Shown: positions 8,942 to 17,931 of the stretch, piece after piece
Numbering within the stretch: the first letter of the stretch is position 1
Layout: each line of letters begins with the position of its first letter
Assembly: GCF_000008465.1 (NCBI RefSeq)
Contig: NC_006512.1
Coordinates: forward strand, 1,110,001-1,142,000
Origin: Idiomarina loihiensis L2TR
GTDB taxonomy: Bacteria; Pseudomonadota; Gammaproteobacteria; Enterobacterales; Alteromonadaceae
Length of the DNA: 32,000 nucleotides
Direction of reading: 5' to 3'
Notes under the pieces: generated by a model
Databases searched by the model: none
What the model saw: the letters and a program-made list of their open reading frames with translations, nothing else
Told to the model about the DNA's origin: nothing
Made by a program: the position numbers and the translations under genes

Positions 8942-10012
8942 ATGACATCGAAGCTACAGCAGCGAGCCGTTAATATACTTAGGCTCGCTTTGCCTTTCAG
9001 CGCATTGTTCAGTTTGTCAGCAGTTGCTGAGCCTCCGGAAATCGAAATTTTTGATAACGTCCGCCAGCAACAATGGGTGGGGGTAAGTCCTGTTAGTCGC
9101 GATACTATTTGGATCTCCGGTGAGAAAGGAACCGTAGCCAGAACCACAGATTCAGGGAAAAGCTGGGAATATTTTCAACCCGGACCTAATGATCTGGATT
9201 TTCGCGATATTGAAGCTATTGATGACCGCCGCGCCTATGCATTAAGTGTTGGTACAGGAGGTCAGTCACGTATTTACTATACTGAGAATGGCGGTAACAG
9301 TTGGCGTCTGCGTTATCGCGGCGAAGCGGACAGCTTCTTCAACTGCATGGCACTTTCTCCTAGCGGCGAAGCCTGGGTACATGGCGACAGTGTTGGAGAT
9401 GAATGGCGGATGGTACGCAGTGCCGATGGTCGCAACTGGATGCAAGTTCGCAGCGCGGTCGCCGAGCCGCCTCAATCTAATGAAGGTGGTTTCGCCTCAA
9501 GTGGCAGCTGTGCCCGCTTTAATAACGACAACTGGATGATTGCAACGGGTAATGCTGATAAAGCTCGAGTATTAATTAAAGGCTCGTTTGGCATTCGCTT
9601 TCGTGTGGTAGAAACACCAATGGAAGCAGGCCCTATGGCGGGCATTACCAGTGTGTGGCCTATTGACGATAAAACCTTTTATATTGCTGGTGGTGACTTA
9701 AATGATGCTTCTGGCGATGAAAACCGTTTATGGCATTATCAAAATAACGAATTTGAAGCCTTGCCCGGGCCACCAATTAAAGGCGCTCTTTATAGCTTGA
9801 GCCTTATCGATCACAACGGTTCCTGGTTACTAACGTCTAACCCCCAGGGCGCGGCGGCACTTAACCTACAAACTAAGAAATGGTTTAAGCTCTCTGATGA
9901 CAACATCTGGAATATTCAGTGTCATGGGGATATCAGTTGCTGGCTGGTTGGTAAAGACGGCTACGTTGGCCGTTTGCAATGGCAGGCGCCGCAACAGCGC
10001 CCTAAGCTCTAA
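8942..10012 (+). CDS. Secreted BNR/Asp-box repeat beta-propeller protein (Ycf48 / PSII-assembly-factor-like)
   Basis: N-terminal signal peptide (…LALPFSALFSLSAVA|EPP). Three clear Asp-box motifs (SxDxGxxW): TDSGKSWE, TENGGNSW and SADGRNWM. The size (356 aa) is consistent with a 7-bladed propeller. Confidence 0.7.
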   Translation: MTSKLQQRAVNILRLALPFSALFSLSAVAEPPEIEIFDNVRQQQWVGVSPVSRDTIWISGEKGTVARTTDSGKSWEYFQPGPNDLDFRDIEAIDDRRAYALSVGTGGQSRIYYTENGGNSWRLRYRGEADSFFNCMALSPSGEAWVHGDSVGDEWRMVRSADGRNWMQVRSAVAEPPQSNEGGFASSGSCARFNNDNWMIATGNADKARVLIKGSFGIRFRVVETPMEAGPMAGITSVWPIDDKTFYIAGGDLNDASGDENRLWHYQNNEFEALPGPPIKGALYSLSLIDHNGSWLLTSNPQGAAALNLQTKKWFKLSDDNIWNIQCHGDISCWLVGKDGYVGRLQWQAPQQRPKL

Positions 10013-10025
10013 CAGTTCACGTACA

Positions 10026-12143
10026 TTAAGCGGCTGGAGAACTTAATAAAGCCAGCCCACCTAATAAGTGACGGCTATTAAATCCGTGCCGCTTAAGCAC
10101 GTTAGCGACAACCTGGCTTCTGTTGCCCGAGCGACATAAGCAAATAATATCGCGTTCTCGCAAGTGTGAGTTACTGTGTATAAACTGAATGACTTCAGTC
10201 AATGGTACATTAACCACCTCTGCATTACAGGGAATATCGGACAACACGTGCTCCTGCCGCTCTCGCACATCAACAATTAACAAATCATCGCGATGCCAGA
10301 ATTCGTCAGTATCTCCGACCGGAATATTAACGCCATCATCAACACGACAGTCGCCGTTTAATTCACAAGGAGTGTAAACGATATGGTGCTCCGAATCCTG
10401 TCCCGGGCAAATAAGCGTATTCTCTCCGATAAAACACTCATAAGCGCTTGATGCTGCCTCAGCCCCCGTAAATAAAAAGTCTGACGCAACCCGACTTTTC
10501 AGTGTGGCTGATTCACTTAATACATAAACCGGATTACGGCTACCGACTCGAAATAAACGCCGCTCACCAATACTCACACAGCCAATGACGCTGCCTTCGC
10601 ACTCAACCGGAACCGCGTCGCACGAATCGGCCGCAGAATGCGGCCAGCCAAATACATCATACTCGTCTATAGACTGGTCAGGCATAAGTATTGGCAATAA
10701 CAACTCGATGGACTGGCTGGTAATTGAATCAGCTGATGTCGATACCACAGCTTTCACTCGATAGTGCTGGCAGCTGACAATATTCTCAATTCTGCCAGCC
10801 AAAGCCGGATGAGGATCGATAACGGCTATTTCTTTAGCTTGCTTATCTATCACCAGGTAACAGCAATGATCATCGTACTTCAGTTGCACAACACCATCTA
10901 ACTGAGCGTCGTTATCGTTATTCGTGTCCGCAACAATTAGACAGGAATTTCTTAATGCGTCAGCAGCTTGTTTTATACGTACACAAGCCTCAGTAATTTC
11001 CTCTTGTCGCGTTGCCGGACCAAAAGATAATCGAATAGCGGAACCGCTGCGCCACTCTTCCAGCCCCATAGCGTCTAAAACAAAGCTTTTTGTTACCTTA
11101 GAACTGCATGCAGAGCCTGAACTCACTCTTATCTGACAGGCGTCAAAAACATCCATAATATCGCGCGAGGCAACTCCTTCTACGGAGAAGTTCAGCGTCG
11201 TAGGAACCGACAGCTCAAAATCATGATTAAATACAATAGAGGGGAAAGCTGACCGCAGGGCTCCAACCAACTGAGATCGATAATCCTGTAATTTAGCTTC
11301 ACTATGAAAGCGACGGTTACTGCCATCCAGCATCAATTCAAATAATGCATTTAATGCTGCTATTCCGGGTAAGTTTTCGGTTCCGGAACGCAGGCCTGAC
11401 TCCTGCCCTCCACCAATAATTAAAGGGGTATAAGGTGCTGAATCCCGAACCGCCATAAACCCGATACCTTTGGGGCCATAAAGCTTATGACCACTAAACG
11501 GAGCGTAATCAATGGTTGTTTCATCTAAATTAAGAGCTTTTTTCCCTAATACCTGAACGCAATCAACCATCCAGGGTACATCCGGGCTATGCTGACGTAT
11601 CGTTTCTTCCAGTTGTTTTAAGTTCTGAATAACACCGGTTTCGTTGTTAACAGCCATAGTGCATATCATGGCAGCATCTTTGACATGCTCAGCAATAAAC
11701 TGGTTATCCAACAGGCCTTGTTTATCAACCGGAATGGCAACAAGCTCTGCCTTCAGCCCAAGTAACTGGTTCCAGTGAGCTAAAGCTTGGGGCACGGCTT
11801 TGTGTTCCGTCGCACCATACAACAGGTATTTTTTTCGCTTATCGGGAGCAACCTGCATAGCTGCATTAATTGCAGAAACCACGGCCGTCTGAATGCCTTC
11901 TGTCGCGCCACTGGTAAAAATAAGCCGCCCTGAAGGCAAACCAACAATTTTACGAGCTAACTGACGCGTGGTATCCAGAATATAGCGAGCTTTTAAGCCC
12001 GTAATATGGCTACTTGAAGGATTACCAAAAACTGTTTCCATCGTATGCGAAACAGCTTGTATAATTTCGGGAAGTACCGGAGTGGTAGCATTACAGTCCA
12101 GATAAAGTTCGTTTGCGTTTGTCTGAATATCTACTGGTTTCAT
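10026..12143 (-). CDS. Three-domain fusion: class-V PLP cysteine desulfurase (NifS/IscS-like) + degenerate MBL-like domain + C-terminal rhodanese
   Basis: PLP-lysine motif SGHKLYGPKGIG (Lys codon 11484..11486). Desulfurase catalytic loop SSGSACSS (Cys codon 11106..11108). Rhodanese active-site loop CRSGNRS (Cys codon 10134..10136). I set the start at ATG 12143 because GGAGG lies 6 nt upstream; the track start at 12155 is a TTG inside that SD. Confidence 0.85.
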   Translation of the reverse strand: MKPVDIQTNANELYLDCNATTPVLPEIIQAVSHTMETVFGNPSSSHITGLKARYILDTTRQLARKIVGLPSGRLIFTSGATEGIQTAVVSAINAAMQVAPDKRKKYLLYGATEHKAVPQALAHWNQLLGLKAELVAIPVDKQGLLDNQFIAEHVKDAAMICTMAVNNETGVIQNLKQLEETIRQHSPDVPWMVDCVQVLGKKALNLDETTIDYAPFSGHKLYGPKGIGFMAVRDSAPYTPLIIGGGQESGLRSGTENLPGIAALNALFELMLDGSNRRFHSEAKLQDYRSQLVGALRSAFPSIVFNHDFELSVPTTLNFSVEGVASRDIMDVFDACQIRVSSGSACSSKVTKSFVLDAMGLEEWRSGSAIRLSFGPATRQEEITEACVRIKQAADALRNSCLIVADTNNDNDAQLDGVVQLKYDDHCCYLVIDKQAKEIAVIDPHPALAGRIENIVSCQHYRVKAVVSTSADSITSQSIELLLPILMPDQSIDEYDVFGWPHSAADSCDAVPVECEGSVIGCVSIGERRLFRVGSRNPVYVLSESATLKSRVASDFLFTGAEAASSAYECFIGENTLICPGQDSEHHIVYTPCELNGDCRVDDGVNIPVGDTDEFWHRDDLLIVDVRERQEHVLSDIPCNAEVVNVPLTEVIQFIHSNSHLRERDIICLCRSGNRSQVVANVLKRHGFNSRHLLGGLALLSSPAA

Positions 12144-12199
12144 GCCACCCTCCAAATTAACTAAAAGTTATATGTTTATAACCTTTATGACTAAAAGGG

Positions 12200-12412
12200 T
12201 CAATGAATCTGGTTTTCTTTCCAGGTTTGTTCCTTTCTCATTCTATCTTTTCGCTTATCGCATGGTTCATCACAGTCACAGGCTTTTTCCATACCCAGAG
12301 CGCCGATACCACCACAGCTGCCGGAAATTGTCTTGCGCTGTACAATATAGCCAACGGCCATTGCCAGCACAACGATGATGAATAAGGCGAATACCATTAT
12401 AAAGGTTTGCAT
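12200..12412 (-). CDS. nqrM: (Na+)-NQR maturation factor NqrM
   Basis: 70 aa with a single N-terminal TM helix followed by the conserved Cys cluster SGSCGGIGALGMEKACDCDEPC. It sits in the canonical position after apbE. SD AGGAG lies upstream. Confidence 0.9.
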   Translation of the reverse strand: MQTFIMVFALFIIVVLAMAVGYIVQRKTISGSCGGIGALGMEKACDCDEPCDKRKDRMRKEQTWKENQIH

Positions 12413-12423
12413 TAAAACTCCTA

Positions 12424-13452
12424 CTACTGCTCAGCCAACAACGGCTTGAATGCTTCACTCATATACTCTTCAAAACCGTCATCGGTTTTATAAATGAGCA
12501 TAACTGCCATATTGTGTTTTTTTGCGAAGGACTTTGCTTTCTCCGTTCCCATTACAAATAATGCAGTTGCATAAGCGTCGGCAGACATTGTGTCCTCAGC
12601 ATAAACTGAAGTAGAAACCAAGTTATGCTGCACTGGAGCACCAGTTACCGGATCAATAATATGCGAATATCGCTTACCATCTTCTTCATAATAGTTCCGG
12701 TAATCACCCGATGTCGCCAAAGCGCCGTCTTTAAATTGGACAACACGTTGCACCGCACGTTCCGTTGAAACCGGTTTTTCTATAGCCAGGCGCCATAATG
12801 CTTCATCCGGTTTGCCGCCTTTTGCAATAACCTCACCGCCAATTTCCACCAAGTACTGCTTTATCCGCAACTGATCTAATAAATGAGCAACTCTGTCGAC
12901 GCCATAGCCTTTGGCAATAGTCGACAGGTCGACGTATAGCTCCGGGTTATCCTTAATCAATTGATGATTTTCTACGCGTAGTTTCTGATAGCCCGTTTTT
13001 TCACGAACCGCATTCAACTCTTCTTCAGACGGTTCTTTTTCTGGCCTAGCCTGAGGACCAAAGCCCCAAAGATTCACCAGGGGACCAACGGTTATATCCA
13101 GAGCACCTTCCGTTTCCTCAGCAATTTCGAGACCACGATTAACTACCCGTTCAAGGTCGCGGCTAATAACCATAGGTTGGGTACTTTTAAACTGATTAAA
13201 CTGGGAGAGTTCAGACTCTGGATCATAAGTCGACATTTGTGCATTAACTCTTTTGAGCACTATATCAACTTTCTTTTGAATCTCTTCTTTGTTGTGTCTG
13301 GGATCCTTAGAGTAGACAGTCACACTATAGGTGGTTCCCATAGTCTTACCGCTAAAGGATATTTTCTCAGGTGAATCAGAACAAGAAACTAAAAAGGCCA
13401 GCCCCAGAAGGGCTAGCCAAATTTTAGCAATCGACAATTTCGATAGCATCAT
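12424..13452 (-). CDS. apbE: FAD:protein FMN transferase ApbE (flavinylates NqrB/NqrC), lipoprotein
   Basis: Lipobox LAFLVSC|SD. ApbE family motifs are present: GKTMGTTYSV, TIAKGYGVD, ALATSGDYRNYYE and YSHIIDP.TG.P. It lies 3 nt downstream of nqrF. Confidence 0.92.
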   Translation of the reverse strand: MMLSKLSIAKIWLALLGLAFLVSCSDSPEKISFSGKTMGTTYSVTVYSKDPRHNKEEIQKKVDIVLKRVNAQMSTYDPESELSQFNQFKSTQPMVISRDLERVVNRGLEIAEETEGALDITVGPLVNLWGFGPQARPEKEPSEEELNAVREKTGYQKLRVENHQLIKDNPELYVDLSTIAKGYGVDRVAHLLDQLRIKQYLVEIGGEVIAKGGKPDEALWRLAIEKPVSTERAVQRVVQFKDGALATSGDYRNYYEEDGKRYSHIIDPVTGAPVQHNLVSTSVYAEDTMSADAYATALFVMGTEKAKSFAKKHNMAVMLIYKTDDGFEEYMSEAFKPLLAEQ

Positions 13453-13455
13453 GAA

Positions 13456-14682
13456 TTAACCACCAAAGTCATCCAACATGATATTTTCGTCTTCAACGCC
13501 TAAGTCTTTCAACAAGTTGATAACTGCCGCGTTCATAACCGGTGGTCCACACATGTAGAACTCACAATCTTCTGGTGCGTCGTGGTCTTTAAGATAACGC
13601 TCATAAAGAACGTTGTGAATAAAGCCAGTATCGCCTTCCCAATTATCTTCCGGTTGTGGATCAGATAATGCCACGTGCCAGTCAAAGTTCTCGTTCTCTT
13701 CGGCCAGCATGTCGAAATCTTCAACATAGAACATTTCTTTTTTCGAGCGCGCACCGTACCAGAACGATACTTTACGATCCGTTTTTATACGACGCATCTG
13801 ATCAAACAAATGAGAACGCATTGGCGCCATACCGGCACCACCACCAATAAAGACCATTTCAGCGTCAGTGTCTTTGGCAAAGAATTCACCAAATGGACCT
13901 GAAATTGTGACTTTATCGCCTGGCTTCAGACTGAAAATGTACGATGACATTTTGCCTGCAGGCAAGCTTAAGTCGTTAGGTGGCGGCGTTGCTATACGGA
14001 CGTTCAGCATAATAATGCCTTTTTCTTCCGGATAGTTAGCCATTGAATAAGCGCGTACAACCTCTTCGTCAACTTTAGACTCAACATCAAAGAAACCGAA
14101 ACGATCCCAATCTCCATGATATTCTTCGGAGATATCAAAGTCTTTGTATTTAACGTGATGCGGTGGAGCTTCAATCTGAATGAAACCTCCTGCGCGGAAA
14201 GGCACTTCTTCGCCTTCCGGTAACTGAACAATAAACTCTTTAATGAAGGTTGCTACGTTATCGTTCGACTTAACCGTACAGTCCCACTTACGAATACCAA
14301 AAACTTCTTCTGGTAATTCAATTTCCATGTCCTGTTTAACGTTAACCTGACAGGAAAGACGACAGCCTTCACGAGCTTCACGTTTAGTAATGTGGTCAAG
14401 TTCAGTCGGCAATATGTCACCGCCACCCTCTTTAACTGTGACACGACACTGGCCACATGAACCACCACCACCACAAGCTGACGAGACGAAAATACCCGCA
14501 TTAGCAAGCGCGCCCAGAAGTTTAGTGCCTGGCTGGGTCACGATTTTTTTGTCTTCGTCGTCATTAATCAGGATTTCCACATCACCCTGAGGTACCAGCT
14601 TTGATTTTGCGAACATAATAATCGCAACCAAAACCAGTACGATGATGGTAAACATCCCTACACCGAGATATATCTCTTGCAT
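13456..14682 (-). CDS. nqrF: Na+-translocating NADH:quinone oxidoreductase subunit F
   Basis: N-terminal TM helix, 2Fe-2S ferredoxin motif [10 protein letters not shown]...C, FAD site RAYSMAN, and NADH site [14 protein letters not shown]. Confidence 0.95.
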   Translation of the reverse strand: MQEIYLGVGMFTIIVLVLVAIIMFAKSKLVPQGDVEILINDDEDKKIVTQPGTKLLGALANAGIFVSSACGGGGSCGQCRVTVKEGGGDILPTELDHITKREAREGCRLSCQVNVKQDMEIELPEEVFGIRKWDCTVKSNDNVATFIKEFIVQLPEGEEVPFRAGGFIQIEAPPHHVKYKDFDISEEYHGDWDRFGFFDVESKVDEEVVRAYSMANYPEEKGIIMLNVRIATPPPNDLSLPAGKMSSYIFSLKPGDKVTISGPFGEFFAKDTDAEMVFIGGGAGMAPMRSHLFDQMRRIKTDRKVSFWYGARSKKEMFYVEDFDMLAEENENFDWHVALSDPQPEDNWEGDTGFIHNVLYERYLKDHDAPEDCEFYMCGPPVMNAAVINLLKDLGVEDENIMLDDFGG

Positions 14683-14718
14683 CGATTCGTACCTTTTTTT
14701 ACCGATTCAACACACTGG

Positions 14719-15327
14719 TTATAAGGATACGCCGGAGAACGACATAAAGCCCAAACCAATCAGACCCACTGAAATAAATGTGATACCTAAGCCACGCAGG
14801 CCATCAGGTACATCTGCATATTTCAGTTTTTCGCGCACTGCAGCCAAAGCAACAATAGCTAAAGCCCAGCCAACACCACTACCAATTCCGAAAACAACGG
14901 ATTCGCCAAAATTGTAATCACGCTCGACCATGAAAGCTACGCCACCAAAAATAGCGCAGTTAACGGTAATGAGTGGCAGGAAAATACCCAGTGCGTTGTA
15001 AAGTGCAGGTACATATTTATCCAATGCCATTTCCAATATCTGCACAATAGCGGCAATAACACCTATAAAGGTCAGAAACTTCAGGAAACTTAGATCCGCA
15101 TCCGGGAAGCCAGCCCATTCTAGAGCACCTGGGGCCAGAATGTTGTGGTAAATTAAGTTGTTAACCGGTACCGAAATACCCAATACAACAATAACCGCGA
15201 CACCCAGACCAAATGCTGTTTTTACTTTCTTAGATACAGCCAAAAACGTACACATACCTAAGAAGAAGGACAATGCCAGGTTTTCAATGAAAACCGCGCG
15301 GATGAACAGGTTGATATAGTTTTCCAT
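14719..15327 (-). CDS. nqrE: Na+-NQR subunit E
   Basis: Near-identical pattern to Vibrio NqrE: [35 protein letters not shown] and [11 protein letters not shown] choose ATG 15327 (MENYINLF, matching the MEHYISL-type family N-terminus). The alternative ATG at 15333 overlaps the nqrD stop (TAATG). Confidence 0.93.
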   Translation of the reverse strand: MENYINLFIRAVFIENLALSFFLGMCTFLAVSKKVKTAFGLGVAVIVVLGISVPVNNLIYHNILAPGALEWAGFPDADLSFLKFLTFIGVIAAIVQILEMALDKYVPALYNALGIFLPLITVNCAIFGGVAFMVERDYNFGESVVFGIGSGVGWALAIVALAAVREKLKYADVPDGLRGLGITFISVGLIGLGFMSFSGVSL

Positions 15328-15332
15328 GACCA

Positions 15333-15965
15333 TTACTCCTTAGGTTCAACTTGTTCAGTGCGGAAGGTACGCAGTACCCAGATAAACCCGCCAATGATGA
15401 AGAAGGCACTAGGTGGCATCAGTAACAAGCCAACAGGCTCGAACCAACCACCTTGTGATGCCAGAGGTAAAATCTGTACATCAAACAAGCTGCCTGAACC
15501 AAAGAGTTCACGAATGAAGCCAACAACCAACAGCACCACTGAGTAACCTAAACCGTTACCCAGTCCGTCCAGGAAGGACATAAACGGAGTGCTCTTCATA
15601 GCGTAAGCTTCTGCGCGCCCCATAACGATACAGTTAGTAATGATTAAGCCAACGAACACTGACAACTCTTTAGAAATTGAGTAAGCGTAAGCTTTTAGTA
15701 TCTGGTCAACGACAATAACCAAGCTCGCAATAATTGTCATTTGGACAATAATACGTACGCTTGACGGAATATGATTCCGGATAATCGAAATAAATAAGTT
15801 AGAGCACGCAACAACCGCAGTTAGTGCAATACACATAACCAAGGTGTTGCTCATTTTCGACGTTACAGCCAATGCAGAACAGATACCAAGAATCTGTAGT
15901 GCGATGGGGTTGTTGGCGAATATCGGTCCGAATAATACGGACTTCATTTCTTTTACATTAGCCAT
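15333..15965 (-). CDS. nqrD: Na+-NQR subunit D
   Basis: Motifs [18 protein letters not shown] and [15 protein letters not shown], with conserved Cys residues that ligate the NqrD/E Fe centre. It overlaps the nqrC stop by 8 nt. Confidence 0.95.
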   Translation of the reverse strand: MANVKEMKSVLFGPIFANNPIALQILGICSALAVTSKMSNTLVMCIALTAVVACSNLFISIIRNHIPSSVRIIVQMTIIASLVIVVDQILKAYAYSISKELSVFVGLIITNCIVMGRAEAYAMKSTPFMSFLDGLGNGLGYSVVLLVVGFIRELFGSGSLFDVQILPLASQGGWFEPVGLLLMPPSAFFIIGGFIWVLRTFRTEQVEPKE

Positions 15966-16734
15966 TGTTCAACTCTCCCTCACGAAGTTTCTTGAGTAAT
16001 GGACCGTAACCATTTTCGCCCATCCAGAATTGAACCAGGTATTCAACACCATTACTGGTCAAAGTTGCACCAGAAAGCGCATCAACTTCGTGCTCGCCTT
16101 TGGCGCCGCCTTTTACCACTTCAAACTGGACGTTACCGTCCTCGCCGTAAACTTCTTTACCTTGCCAAGTTTTTACCCAGGCCGGATTGGTGATTTCACC
16201 ACCAAGCCCCGGAGTTTCAGAGTGCTCGTAGAAGTTAACGCCTTTAACAGTGTCAAAGTCGCCTTCTAACGCCAGCAAGCCGTACATGGTTCCCCATAGC
16301 CCCTGGCCACGAACATGAAGAACAAGACCTGTTGTTTCGCCGCTTTCATCTTTAACAAGATAAATCTGTGTTAAATTTTCGCGGGTACCTAAACCAGCAG
16401 GGTCGTTCTTTTTCTCAAGTTTTTTACTTCTTTCAGGGTCACTCGCTGCTTTGCGGTTGCTAAAAGATGTCGGGTCAATGTCTTCCTTAACGGTTAAATC
16501 TTCAAGGCTGACAACCATGGTATCGATGCGTTGCTTGTAAGTTTCAACAACGTCGGTATCGGCTTCCAGAATACCGGCAGCATCCAAAACGTTCTTCTGC
16601 ATATCAAGTGCCGCATTCTTTTCCTGCATTGGTTTCAAACCAATAGCAGCACCAGAAACAACAATTGAGCAAACCAGGCAAAGCGCTAGCACGACACCAA
16701 CGGTCTTGCCTAAACTTTCATTTTTCTTAGCCAT
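15958..16734 (-). CDS. nqrC: Na+-NQR subunit C (covalent FMN)
   Basis: Single TM helix followed by a periplasmic FMN-binding domain with the flavinylation motif [13 protein letters not shown]. It overlaps nqrB by 8 nt. Confidence 0.95.
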   Translation of the reverse strand: MAKKNESLGKTVGVVLALCLVCSIVVSGAAIGLKPMQEKNAALDMQKNVLDAAGILEADTDVVETYKQRIDTMVVSLEDLTVKEDIDPTSFSNRKAASDPERSKKLEKKNDPAGLGTRENLTQIYLVKDESGETTGLVLHVRGQGLWGTMYGLLALEGDFDTVKGVNFYEHSETPGLGGEITNPAWVKTWQGKEVYGEDGNVQFEVVKGGAKGEHEVDALSGATLTSNGVEYLVQFWMGENGYGPLLKKLREGELNNG

Positions 16735-17929
16735 TGCGCGCTAACCTCCGTTTGATATTTGCCTGTGCTACAAAGTGGTCAAATAACGGTGCAAATACGT
16801 TAGCAAATAAGATGGCCAACATGATGCCTTCCGGGAATGCCGGGTTAATGACACGAATCATGACCGTCATAAAACCAATTAACAAGCCGTACGCAAACTT
16901 CCCTTTATTGGTAAAGGACGCTGATACCGGGTCGGTAGCCATAAACATCATTGCAAAGGCAAAACCACCTAATACTAAGTGCCAGTACCAAGGCATTGCG
17001 AACATTGGATTGGTCTCGCTACCAACAAGGTTAAGTAGTCCGGAGAACAGAACCATACCAGCAAAGACCCCCAGAACGATACGCCAGGAGGCAATACGGA
17101 AATAAATTAACGCTAAGCCGCCAATCAAAATCAGTAAGGTTGAGACTTCGCCTACTGATCCCTGGATGTTACCAAGGAAGGCGTCCCACCAAAGCTGAGT
17201 ATTCCCATAATCCATTTCACCCAGAGCCGCTTTACCTAGGTTTGTTGCACCAGAAAAGCCATCGACGGCAGTCCAGATGGAATCACCTGACATGCTGGCA
17301 GGATAAGCGAAGTATAAGAATGCGCGACCGGTTAGTGCCGGGTTAAGGAAGTTGCGGCCAGTACCGCCAAAAATTTCCTTACCAATAACGACGCCGAAAG
17401 TGATACCTAAAGCAACCTGCCACAATGGTGTTGTCGCCGGTAAAATCAGGGAGAATAAAACCGAAGTAACAAAGAAGCCTTCGTTAACTTCGTGCTTACG
17501 AATAGACGCAAACAACACTTCCCAGAAACCACCAACAATAAAGGTAACCGCATAAATAGGTACGTAGAAACAGGCACCATACCAAAGTTTCGTGCCCCAT
17601 CCAGCATCGGCTCCAAGTTCACCACCGAACAAGTGGAACAATCCAACCTGCCAGACGTCAGAAAGCGCATAGCCGTCAGCCAAAGCCAAAGCAGCCTGGT
17701 TACCAACGTTGTACATACCCCAGAACATTGCCGGGAACGTCATCATCCACACCAGGATCATAATGCGCTTAAGGTCGATACGGTCACGAACATGCGTAGC
17801 CGACTTAGTCACAGTACCTGGTGTGTACAAAATAGTGGCTACGGCTTCGTAAAGCGCGTACCACTTCTCGTATTTACCGCCTTCTTCAAATTGCGGTTCA
17901 ATACGCTCGAGTGTGTCTTTCAAGCTCAT
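16727..17929 (-). CDS. nqrB: Na+-NQR subunit B (covalent FMN)
   Basis: Polytopic protein with the flavinylation motif [10 protein letters not shown] and the conserved NqrB N-terminus (…[13 protein letters not shown]). Confidence 0.95.
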   Translation of the reverse strand: MSLKDTLERIEPQFEEGGKYEKWYALYEAVATILYTPGTVTKSATHVRDRIDLKRIMILVWMMTFPAMFWGMYNVGNQAALALADGYALSDVWQVGLFHLFGGELGADAGWGTKLWYGACFYVPIYAVTFIVGGFWEVLFASIRKHEVNEGFFVTSVLFSLILPATTPLWQVALGITFGVVIGKEIFGGTGRNFLNPALTGRAFLYFAYPASMSGDSIWTAVDGFSGATNLGKAALGEMDYGNTQLWWDAFLGNIQGSVGEVSTLLILIGGLALIYFRIASWRIVLGVFAGMVLFSGLLNLVGSETNPMFAMPWYWHLVLGGFAFAMMFMATDPVSASFTNKGKFAYGLLIGFMTVMIRVINPAFPEGIMLAILFANVFAPLFDHFVAQANIKRRLARNG

Positions 17930-17931
17930 GG

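Noticed and set aside
12144-12155. TTG start (track) for the desulfurase fusion. Upstream alternative starts were also considered for nqrA (GTG 19284) and the antiporter (28339).
   Set aside because: In each case a downstream ATG has a better-placed SD and/or matches the conserved family N-terminus. For the fusion gene, the TTG lies within the GGAGG SD itself.
14455-14480. accaccaccaccac-type trinucleotide run
   Set aside because: It is the reverse complement of the Gly run in the NqrF ferredoxin motif [10 protein letters not shown]. It is coding sequence and not a repeat element.
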